From Azolla caroliniana (lineage: Eukaryota > Plantae > Polypodiophyta), in the NCBI GenBank assembly GCA_043228905.1, contig JBHGNT010000008.1, positions 8,308,001-8,372,000 of the forward strand: a DNA stretch of 64,000 nucleotides, given 5' to 3'. Below the pieces are notes generated by a model. That model saw only the letters and a list, made by a program, of their open reading frames with translations, was not told the origin of the DNA and searched no databases. Shown one piece after another: positions 38,042 to 47,939 of the stretch (position 1 is the first letter of the stretch; each line of letters begins with the position of its first letter). The position numbers and the translations under genes are program-made.

Positions 38042-38091
38042 CTTCAGGAATACTCCTGAAGTTTCTAGAATGTTCCAGAGAAATCTGGAAT
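38042..38091. promoter_or_regulatory. Extended heat-shock element in U3 of element C (second copy 32746-32795), next to the TATA box at 38031-38037
   Basis: Ten in-phase alternating pentamers cTTCa gGAAt aCTCc tGAAg tTTCt aGAAt gTTCc aGAGa aATCt gGAAt, seven of them perfect. Confidence 0.8.
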
Positions 38092-41000
38092 ATACATCAA
38101 TTTCCCAATAAAACCTAAATGAAAATAATATCCTTCAAATTACAATTCATAACCTAATGGTAAAGTCTCGACCCGTGTAACAAAAGGTTATGGGTTCGAG
38201 TCTAGTTATGACAGGTGCGGCATCCTAGCTTGTTCCGTTGGCTGGCCCATTCGTTGGCATAGATCACACTCTTTCGCGTACCGGACTACGTCATTCAATG
38301 TAGTCGGCCACCATAGGCCACTTTGCCATATCTTCCTTGCCGTAGCATCCCCGGCATAATGGCCTCCGGCGACTCCGCAGTGTGCTTCCCGTAGTATTAC
38401 CTCTTTCTCGTCGCTGCGCACCGCTCGTCGCCATATACCGTCCGCACCTTTGTGGTATAGTGTGTCCCGTAATAAACAGAAGTGCCGATTTGTACCGCCA
38501 GGCGTTTCCTCTCATCCTGGTTCATCTCCTTCGGAGGCAATCTGGTGCTTAGAAATTGGTGCATATTTGTTAGCCACTTATCCTCTAGTGCCACCGTTTC
38601 ATCTGTTGTCGTTTCCGCGGTGACTCGAAATAGCTCAGCATCCGGAAACTCGTTTGGTACTCCGTCGCCGGTTTCGTCGGAATCCAATCGGCTTAAATAA
38701 TCTGCTACCGCATGCTGTATGCCGGGTCGATGGAGTATCTCGAATTCGAATTCCTGTAATAGCAAAGTCCACTGGGCCAACTTACCGGTAAGTGACGCTT
38801 TGGACACTAGGTAGAGGAGTCCGAATGATCTACATGGAAGGAAAATTTTCTTCCCAATAAATAATGCCTGAATTTTGTTACGTTGTAGATCATGCCTAAA
38901 GCTTCCCTTTCCGTGGTGGAATAATTTCTTTCGGCTTGGGATAACTTCCGGCTTGCGTAATATACGGGCCGGTACCATCTTGGCTCCGTAAGTTGCATCA
39001 GCGCACTCCCAATTGCTATGTCGGGCGCATCCACGAACACATGAAATTCCTTCGCCCAATCCGGGGGTTGCACTACCGGCGCTTGCGACAATAGAACTTT
39101 GAGTGCCCGGTACGCCTCGTCTTCGGTGTCGGTCCATTGGAACGGTGTTCGGTGTACCGCAGCATGTAGTGGTGTAGCTAGGTCCGCCAAATATCGGAGC
39201 ATTTGACTATGCCAACGGATTTGGCCTAAGAAACGACTCAATGCCTTTGCTGATTTTGGTGTCAGTGCCTCCAGGATTGCTTTTACTTTGTCCGGATCCA
39301 CGGCGATGCCCTCCTTGCTCACAATGTGCCCCAGTAGCATTCCGCTAGACACGCCGAATACACACTTCGCCTGATTCAGGCTTAGCCGGTAAGCCCTACA
39401 CTTTTCTAGACACAGTCGAAGGTGCTGAAGGTGGTCTCCTTCCCGGCTATAAACGGCGAAGTCATCGAGGAACACCTGCATGAACGCCGGTATGAATTCT
39501 CCGAATATCTCCATGATGATCCTCTGGAACATTGATGGCGTTGTTTTGAGTCCGAACATCATCACTACGGCAACAAACACTCCCCATTCAGTGACGAAAG
39601 TCGTTTCTCCTGGTCATCGGGGTGCATCCGGATCTGGTTGTATCCGCTGAATCCGTCTAAAAAACGGTATTCCTCATGGCCGGCGACTGCGTCCAAAATT
39701 CCATCCGTAAATGGAAGTGGAAATGCATCAGTTAGCGTCGCCGCATTAAGCTTCTGGTAGTCGACACATACTCTAATTTTGCCGTTTTTCTTTGGTACGA
39801 CTACTATCAGGCTCAGCCATGTAGATTTATTTACAAGACGGATAAAGCCAACCCTCAACAACTTGTTGATTTCCTCCTTGACTTTGGCGGCGTAGTTTGG
39901 GTTCATCCGGTATCGTCGTTGTGCTACCGGTTTGGTGTCTTTGCTTAAATGTATCTGATGCTAATATAGCTGAGGATCGAGCCCTCTCATATCCTCGTAG
40001 GACCAAGCAAACAAATCCCGAAACTCTTTGAGAAGTGTAATCATCACCGTTCTGTTCTCCGTAGTCATTTCCTTGGCTATCTGCACCGGTCTCGCCTCTT
40101 CCGTAGTTCCTAGATTTACCTCTTCTAGTTGGAATGCTTTAACCCGTTGTGATACGGCCATTTCTCTTTCCAGCGCCTCTTGTGCTTGCCATAGCTCCCA
40201 GATCGCTTCCTTATTTGGTTCTTCGTCCGCTCCGTCCGGTGGCAGTATGTATGGTGATACGGCTTCAGCTACGTCAATTTCGAACAGGGGTACTATCTTC
40301 GGATTATCTTGCAAGTATTGATCCACCTCTTCGTCTGCTAATCCGTCCAGCATATTGACACATTCGGCATATAGGGGTTTTAATTCCTTCCCAGTACCCG
40401 TCCGTGGTTGTGTCGGTACCCGTACTTTTGCTTTTCCCCGCCGGAAGGTGATTATATTCTTTCTCCAGTTTTGTTTAATGTGTGCCGTTTTTAGCCACGG
40501 CCGCCCCAACAATAGCGGGTAAGCTCTTTGTGCCTGTAATTGTAGCACTACTGCCGAGATGCGAAATGTGTGGCCGCCGATTGTTACTTCCAAATCTCGT
40601 ATCAAGCCAGTCGGTAGCACTAAGCTTGTATCCGCCATCCGTAGCCAGAACGAGCATGGTTCCTACTCTTGGATTCCCAAGGTTGTGCATGTTCGGAGGC
40701 TAATCACATTGACGTCAGATCCTCCATCTATTACTGTTCCGAGTAACTCCTTTCCCTTCACGATGGTTGTGATCGTCGGACTGTTTGTGTCTACCACCGC
40801 CGGTCCCTCCTCCGGATTTGAGAAGAATGTTGGTGCTGGTGGTGTTTCTCCTGCCGTCATGCCTGTCTTGAGTCCTTCTGTGAATCTGGGCACTAGTTGC
40901 AGGAGTCATCCTAATGGCAGCGTGATTTGGCACTCCTCCAATGCCTGCCATGTCGCATTTTCGGTCTGACTACTGCCGGCGAGCTCTTCGGTGTTCTCCT

Positions 41001-42499
41001 TTTGCTGCGCAAGTTCTGCTACGTTTCACTCATTTTCCTTTTTAACCCATTCCGTTGCCTGCTTCCGGATGGCCTCTTGTGTCTCCCATTCCGTCGTCTT
41101 GCCCTTCGACCTTGTGGTAACCTGCTTTAGGTTTGCGACTTCGGCGACTACCATGTTTACTGCCGGTCGCTTGTCATAGCTCTTTACCGGACATTGATTA
41201 CTATAATGTCCTTCTTGCCGGCAATAATAGCAATATGCTTTCTGGGTATTGTTGGATTCGGCATTGTTTCCTGTACCCAGTGGAGGACCCGTGGTAACCG
41301 CGGGGCTTTGGTCCGGTTGGCTACTTGAGGCGCCTTTTTCCAGTTCACGTGGGTGGCTCCCTTTTTTGAAATGCCATTTTTTATTAAAGTTCTTTTTGTT
41401 GCGGTACCCTTGACGGGGGTGGTCGTCATATCTCCCGTAATCTTCCCGTCGTTGGTGATACCCGGGGGAGTGATCCCGTTTGTGATTCTCGTACCGTCCA
41501 TTCTAATCTCAGTACCTGTCATATCTCTTGTACCGGTCATAGTTGTCTCGCCGATCGTCGTATCGGACATCCTGTGCTGGTCGATATCGCTCCTGTCGCC
41601 ACCAGCATTTGTCTTCTTCGTCTCAGCTGCTACGTGGCCCAATTTTCCGGATTGGTGGTGCTTGCCGATTCAATAAGTTATATTCGCGCCGGTCCATCGT
41701 GTGGCTCATAGATTGGCAGAGTAAGTAGTGCGTCCGCATGGTGCACTCCAGTGACGAGTGTCCGGAATTCAAGCAGGTCGTGCATTGGATTGCTTGCTAG
41801 AACCGGAGATCCTCATCAATTGGTAACGCTCGTTGGAGGGCTCCCATTGTTAGCCAAGAGCTCGTTTTCTCCATTTCTCTAACCCGGTCGATGACTTGGT
41901 CGACGGTGCGAAAATCGATGACCGTGCATACCTCGTAGAGGTTCCCGGAGCGCGGCTAAAAATATAGCCCGTGTTTCTTCCTCCGGAGGTGCGCGGGTAA
42001 GCTGACTGTGCATCCGTTGAAACCGGATGACAAACTGCGGCATGCTCTCCCCGGGGTCCTGCCGAATGGTATAAAATAGGCCCACCATTTCTCTCTGGTC
42101 CACCTCCTTCTGAAAGAAGTGCAAGAATTTATCTTTCAAGTCCGCAAAGGTGGTGATGGTGCTGGGGTCCTGCGTCCGATGCCATCCGGCGGCCGGTCCT
42201 TCCAGTGTCACGCCGAATTCGGCTATCTTAGATCGTTCCTCTTCGGCCGCAGTTAACCGTTGTGACACATGGTTCTCCTCCCATGTTTGTTGAAACGCGT
42301 GAACATGAGCCTCCGCGTCCGAGTCATCCCTATACTTGGAGTACTGGAACTGCATGTCGTCGTCCGGTGTCGATACTCGGGCTAGCGGTGTTGGTGGTCT
42401 TTCCTGTTGTTCCGTCGGCGTCAGAGGTCTTTGCCGGTCTTCCTTTGGTGTTGTCGGCTCGACTTCCGGTGTTGGAGGTCTTTCTTTGTCTTCTTCCGT

Positions 42500-45400
42500 T
42501 GTCGCGAAGATTCGCGCGTGCGTGTGCTACTCGAGCGACCACCGGGGTCTTGGACTGGGGAGGATGATCGCGGAATTATCGACGCTAGATGACGATCAAT
42601 GTAAGATTAAATGAAAATGGTTTACTTGAGAAGAAGAAAAATTGTACACTTGAGAAGTAGAAAAATATGAAGAAGATAAAGACAAATATTATATTGATGA
42701 TAATGGTGTTGGTGATATCACATATTGAGCCCCCCTTACACAAGCCCAACTAGAGGCTTTTATAGGTCTTTCCATGCTCGTGACATGCACATAACCATGG
42801 GCTAAAACCATGGTTTTGTGCACACGGGTTTGCTTATGTCATGCACAAACCATGGGTTTAAAACCATGGTTTTGTGCACATGGTTTTCTATGGTAGTTTC
42901 GTCTATAATTTGTATATGAAAAGGAAATACATATAATCTACACTATATGATAGTTGTCCTAGTGGTAAGGCAATTGTCTTGTATCTTAGAGGTGCAAGGT
43001 TCAAACCTTGCTTGCACCCCTCTATATGAACTCAAGTGCCACTAGGCCTTAGGAGGCTTATTTGCTAAGTGTATGTGCACATCCTTGGTTTATTCATCTC
43101 ACTCGGTTTCACACCGTAGCCGAAAATCGTCACGACATCCACCCCCACCAAACCCGCACATCCTCCGGTATGTGCCGAGAAAGGTGAAGAGGTGAGATCT
43201 TTGGCAACGGTGATCAACCGAGTTCCTCTACACGCTCGTCGACTTCGTCTTCCACTTCGAGTATGCGCAATCTTTCCAACCGAACCACCGTAGCCACCCG
43301 ATCCACCATATCCGGCGCTCACACCTTCTTCCCCGATCGGTTGTAGTAGATCTACCGAACGATGTCGTCGATACGACCGCTCTTCCTTCGTCCACCGCGC
43401 GTGTCCTTCGATTGGACTCTTGGCCACTCCTCACGCTCACCGTCTTTAACTGGGTATTGTAGATCGTTCGTGTCGATCTCCGATTAGGCCGGGTTTGCCC
43501 TTTTCCGGATCGGTCTCCACCGATCGCTTCTTGGCTTGGTTGGCCTTCGTCTGCATTCACATTTCCCCGAGTCGGGCTCGACCGATTGATTCTGGCTGGG
43601 TCGGCCCCCTTTTGGATCGGAATCGTCCGATCAATTTTCGCCGAATCAGGTTTCGGCCGGGTCGGCCCCGGTCGATCGGCTCCCATGTGGATCTTCCTTC
43701 GTTCGGGTCGGAATCCCGGCCGGATCGTCTTCCGGTTCAACCAGTTCTCGACTCTTCCTTCCTTCCCGCATGCAACCTCTCCATCGAACTCAACCGCAGC
43801 TTCATCCTTGGCCTCCACGTCCGCCATATCCTTCCCTCCATGTATGCTCGCTGCGAGCCATATTGTCTCCTCTTCGCCACCTCCTTTATCTTCGGTCTTA
43901 TGCCGACACACGGTCTCGACTGCCGAAGTCTCCGGAACCAGTGTGAAGGAATCCCTTCGTTCATTTACATTTACCTTGTCTTCTTCATCGCCCTTCCGGT
44001 CGTCCTCTTTTTTGTCCACACATTCTGTCTCTCCGGTCTCACGTTGGTGCACGTGCACAACCGCCGAAGTCTCTAGAATAGGTGTGGGGATATCCTTTCT
44101 TCCTCGATCTTCTTCCTCTTTGTGTTGGGCCTTTGTCTTCCCGTCACCACCTTCCGTCTCTCCGGTCTCACGTTGGCACATGGGTGCAACCGCCGAAGTC
44201 TCTGGAACAATCGTGGAGAAAGTCTTGACATGGCTATCCGTTGTCGACTCGTCCATAGCCACCTCCGACTCGATGTCGTTTGTCATGGCTACCTCCTCAA
44301 TCTCTTCAGACTCAAACACTTTTTCTCCCTCGATCATGCAAGCTTTTCTCATGCTTGCGCCGTCATCACCCGATGTTTCGTACACAATGCGTGTTCCGAA
44401 ACATTTATCCTCCCTCGAAGTGGCGTTCGCCGTCCTCGAGTCATCGGCCTCCTCCTTCGCCGTCGTTTCTTTGTAAGACAAGAAGGTGACTTGTTTCACA
44501 CCTTCTCTCTCGGTACCGTCATACCGAACCTTAGCCTTTGCATTGGCCACTTCATTAACCCGCATTTGTTGGGAGGTCTCTTCTTCCTCGATCACCATTC
44601 GCCTCGGTTTTGTCTCCCTTCTAAGCTTCATTTCTTTTGTTGGTGGTGCGCTGTTGCATCTCGTCCCTCTTCGATCGTCCTTCATGGGCCGTCTTGTTGT
44701 CGTCGATATTCTCGCTTGCCCCTTATCGTGTAGTCGGCATACACTTTCCACTTTGCTCCAATCCTCGATGAGGCCATTTGCACCATCATCTTCTTCGAGT
44801 TTGAGGCCGATCGCCATCCTTTCCATTCGATCGATTGACTTCACGAACATAAGGACCTTATCGACCCCCACCAATCTTTGTTCCCGCTCCGACAATTGAG
44901 AAAAATGATGCTCGAAGTCTACGAATGCTTGTGTTGCGCCTTGGTGGGTCTTCGCTGATGCCACCCATTGGTCGAAGTTGCGTCGATCTTGTCCCTTCAG
45001 TCTCTCATAGCCATATTCCTCCAATAGAGCCTTCTCGAAAGTCGCCCACGAATCATGAGCTTCTAGAAGCTCTTCTACATCTTTGAAGATCGGTTGAGAC
45101 ACCACCCGACAAAAGTACTTTAGCCTCATAGCTTTGTCCACACCTCTTGAATCCATCTCCGCATTGTAGACTTTTAGGAAACTTTGGACTTCGGCACTGT
45201 TGAAATAGCTCATTCGTTCGACTACTTTGTCGACGGCTTGTTGGGCTTCATTTCTTCTTTTCTCTTCTCTCAGAAACTCCATCATCCTTCTTGCCATTGC
45301 CTCCATGAGATATTCGCCATCCATCTTCGTCCTCCCTTGCTGCTCTTCACGTCGGGTTCACCAAATGATGTCGCGAAGATTCGCGCGTGCGTGTGCTACT

Positions 45401-46006
45401 CGAGCGACCACCGGGGTCTTGGACTGGGGAGGATGATCGCGGAATTATCGACGCTAGATGACGATCAATGTAAGATTAAATGAAAATGGTTTACTTGAGA
45501 AGAAGAAAAATTGTACACTTGAGAAGTAGAAAAATATGAAGAAGATAAAGACAAATATTATATTGATGATAATGGTGTTGGTGATATCACATATTGAGCC
45601 CCCCTTACACAAGCCCAACTAGAGGCTTTTATAGGTCTTTCCATGCTCGTGACATGCACATAACCATGGGCTAAAACCATGGTTTTGTGCACACGGGTTT
45701 GCTTATGTCATGCACAAACCATGGGTTTAAAACCATGGTTTTGTGCACATGGTTTTCTATGGTAGTTTCGTCTATAATTTGTATATGAAAAGGAAATACA
45801 TATAATCTACACTATATGATAGTTGTCCTAGTGGTAAGGCAATTGTCTTGTATCTTAGAGGTGCAAGGTTCAAACCTTGCTTGCACCCCTCTATATGAAC
45901 TCAAGTGCCACTAGGCCTTAGGAGGCTTATTTGCTAAGTGTATGTGCACATCCTTGGTTTATTCATCTCACTCGGTTTCACACCGTAGCCGAAAATCGTC
46001 ACGACA
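42500..46006 (-). mobile_element. Non-autonomous Gag-only LTR element D (TR-GAG-like), 3507 bp
   Basis: 638-bp LTRs 42500-43137 and 45369-46006, identical by eye; 4-bp TSD CCGT; PBS 45346-45363; G-rich PPT GGTGGGGGTGGA; single ORF with no PR/RT/INT motifs; inserted in gag of B. Confidence 0.93.
43228..45324 (-). CDS. Gag-like protein of element D (698 aa) with a long acidic repetitive tail
   Basis: Intact ORF starting about 20 nt after the PBS. The N-terminal 200 aa or so are helical and capsid-like (FLKVYNAEM...SWATFEKALLEEY); three ETSAV repeats follow. Confidence 0.8.
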   Translation of the reverse strand: MDGEYLMEAMARRMMEFLREEKRRNEAQQAVDKVVERMSYFNSAEVQSFLKVYNAEMDSRGVDKAMRLKYFCRVVSQPIFKDVEELLEAHDSWATFEKALLEEYGYERLKGQDRRNFDQWVASAKTHQGATQAFVDFEHHFSQLSEREQRLVGVDKVLMFVKSIDRMERMAIGLKLEEDDGANGLIEDWSKVESVCRLHDKGQARISTTTRRPMKDDRRGTRCNSAPPTKEMKLRRETKPRRMVIEEEETSQQMRVNEVANAKAKVRYDGTEREGVKQVTFLSYKETTAKEEADDSRTANATSREDKCFGTRIVYETSGDDGASMRKACMIEGEKVFESEEIEEVAMTNDIESEVAMDESTTDSHVKTFSTIVPETSAVAPMCQRETGETEGGDGKTKAQHKEEEDRGRKDIPTPILETSAVVHVHQRETGETECVDKKEDDRKGDEEDKVNVNERRDSFTLVPETSAVETVCRHKTEDKGGGEEETIWLAASIHGGKDMADVEAKDEAAVEFDGEVACGKEGRVENWLNRKTIRPGFRPERRKIHMGADRPGPTRPKPDSAKIDRTIPIQKGADPARINRSSPTRGNVNADEGQPSQEAIGGDRSGKGQTRPNRRSTRTIYNTQLKTVSVRSGQESNRRTRAVDEGRAVVSTTSFGRSTTTDRGRRCERRIWWIGWLRWFGWKDCAYSKWKTKSTSV

Positions 46007-47939
46007 CCGTCTCCGGAGGTTGCTCCACGTCTAGTGTCGAGGGTTCCCGGTCTGACAACTCTGGTTCCGGTGTCGGTAATGTATCTGACTCCTCGTCCTC
46101 CGTCCTCCTAGGGTGTCGTTACTGCTGCGATAGTTCATGTGCGCGTTGTAACCCCCTTCCGAATCCGATTCCAGCGCTGAAAATGCTTCGGATTCGCCGT
46201 CTCTTCCGGCCAAGGCCTGGAGAAGGGATTCCGCTTCCCGGAGGCTGCTTAAGCTGCTTCCTTCGTCCGGGTAGGCATTTTGTTGCAAACGGAGCGACTC
46301 CTCCGCCACTTTCCGGATCACTTTGGAAAATGATCGATCCGATCGGATTTCTTCCGCTGCTTGCTGGAAAGCTTCCCGCCGCCTTCGACGTTCAGCAAGT
46401 CTTCATGCTCTCTCGGTAACTGAGTCGTCTGTTGGCCTAGTCATCCATTCCCGCCGCTGTTCACTGTGATTGTGCAGGAATCGTGGTCGCCAAAAACTGT
46501 GTTGATCCTAGGGGCCGGACAACAGCCTAACACATGGTGTCCACTTAAGACACTTCACCAAAGGGTGTTACGACAGGATGACTTACGACACAACGCTTAA
46601 TTAGACCTTAATCGGTTGGTTAGTAATACATCATTAACACGCGTAAGATATAACAATGAGTACAGAACGGTAATCAATACTGAAAGATTAAGGCAATAAG
46701 TTCTATTAATTATCCGTTGTCAATTACATTGTAACCGGGCCTTTATATAGGTCTCCGGTGCGAAGTACAAAACGGTGCCAACCGGCACCTATTCGGAATC
46801 GGTCCGGATCCGGATCGGCATACCAATTTCCGTCCGTCCGTCCATATTAATAAAATAATTACAACAGTTCCCAAATAAACTATTCCTTTCACACTCTGGT
46901 CTGGACATCCTTAAGCCTTCTTTGCCAGCCGGGTAACACTTCCAGATCTCCGTGTAGGAATGTCGTCTTTACATCCAACTGCTCTAGCTCTAGGACTTCT
47001 GTCACCACAACTCCTAGTAGGAGTCTGAGGGCGGTCATCTTGACTACTGGTGAGAATATCTCATCGTAGTCAACCCCATGTTCTTGTTTGAACCCTTTCA
47101 CGACAAGCCGAGCTTTGTACTTGGGTTTCTCTGAGTCAGATACATATTTGGATCGGAAAACCCATTTGCAAGGTAGCGGCTTTCTTCCAACTAGTAGTTC
47201 AACCAACTCCCATGTTTGATTCTTGTGAATCAAGTCCATTTCTGATTTCATGGCTTGTAGCCATGTATCAGCGTCCGGTGCGGCCATAGCTTCGTTGTAT
47301 GTGATTGGTTCGCATGCATCGGTGTAGTTTACGTAGTTGAGGCCCGATTGATAAAACTCTGTTGGCCTTCGAGCTCGTCCAGATCTCCTGGGTGCCGAAA
47401 TCAGTGGTTCAGATCCTTCGATCGTCTCTGTTGGTTGATCGGCATTTGTTGAGCCACTTGTGTCAGGAGTCTTGTTGGTTGATCCACCCCCATGTTGGGA
47501 TTTCAGCGGTGTCGTGACGTTCTCCCTTGGGTACTCGGTCGACTCAAATATGTTTTTCCCTTGAGTCATATCCGGTGTTTCGGTCGGTTGGACTCTATCT
47601 CTTTTGACTCTATCATTTCCAACTCTGATCGATTTGACTTTGTCTTTGATGACTTTGTCGTCAACTTTGACTCGTGGACCTCCTACCGATTTGGAGTCGA
47701 CAGGTATGTTGTCGGCTTGCTCGAGTTCAATTGTTTGTCGAGGCTTTGAGTCGGCCCAGTGGGTCGGTCTTTCTACGACAACTCTCTCATCTTCGAAGGA
47801 TACCCTTTTACCAGATGTTTTCTGCCGGTTCCGTTGAGAGAAGATAGAGTCTTCATTGAAGACTACGTCACAGCTCCGGATTTGTTTCCGGTTCTCTGGA
47901 TTCCATAGCCGGTAGCCAAAGTCCCCATCAGATCCCATT

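Larger units (their letters stand above)
32469..38213 (-). mobile_element. Intact Gypsy chromovirus C (Tcn1-like), 5745 bp
   Basis: 449-bp LTRs 32469-32917 and 37765-38213, identical by eye, TG...CA; TSD GGTGC; PPT AAAGGGGGGATAG; uninterrupted gag and pol; inserted in the integrase of B. Confidence 0.97.
27660..46938 (-). mobile_element. Gypsy element B, non-chromovirus (Athila/Tat-like), about 10 kb without nested inserts, degenerate
   Basis: 439-bp LTRs 27660-28098 and 46500-46938 (about 14 mismatches by eye); TSD CTTCC. PBS TGGCGACCAC (46483-46492) resembles the plant tRNA-Arg 3' end. Gag with CCHC, protease VIDGGSDVN, RT FLDGFSGYNQI / FLDDF, RH ERNYSTTERE, INT YYPQANGLAES. Confidence 0.95.
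26022..47937 (-). mobile_element. Ty1/Copia element A, 5'-truncated (3' LTR 26022-26272; RH/RT 26466-27659; RT start and post-integrase region 46944-47937), split by Gypsy B
   Basis: [67 protein letters not shown] adjoins the TG...CA LTR. RT rejoins across TSD CTTCC. No 5' LTR found. Confidence 0.88.

Noticed and set aside
42948-43018. Functional tRNA gene in the LTRs of D (and of C at about 32850-32910)
   Set aside because: A/B boxes are present but there is no convincing acceptor or anticodon stem; kept only as a tRNA-like promoter module.
43495-44899. Long + strand ORFs antisense to the D Gag (and similar ones opposite B and C)
   Set aside because: Shadow ORFs of GC-rich, purine-biased coding sequence with no recognisable motifs.
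46889-47938. 349-aa ORF as an intact protein
   Set aside because: It is a Copia pol fragment that runs into the LTR of element B after LHGDLE, and its start is at a deletion junction.
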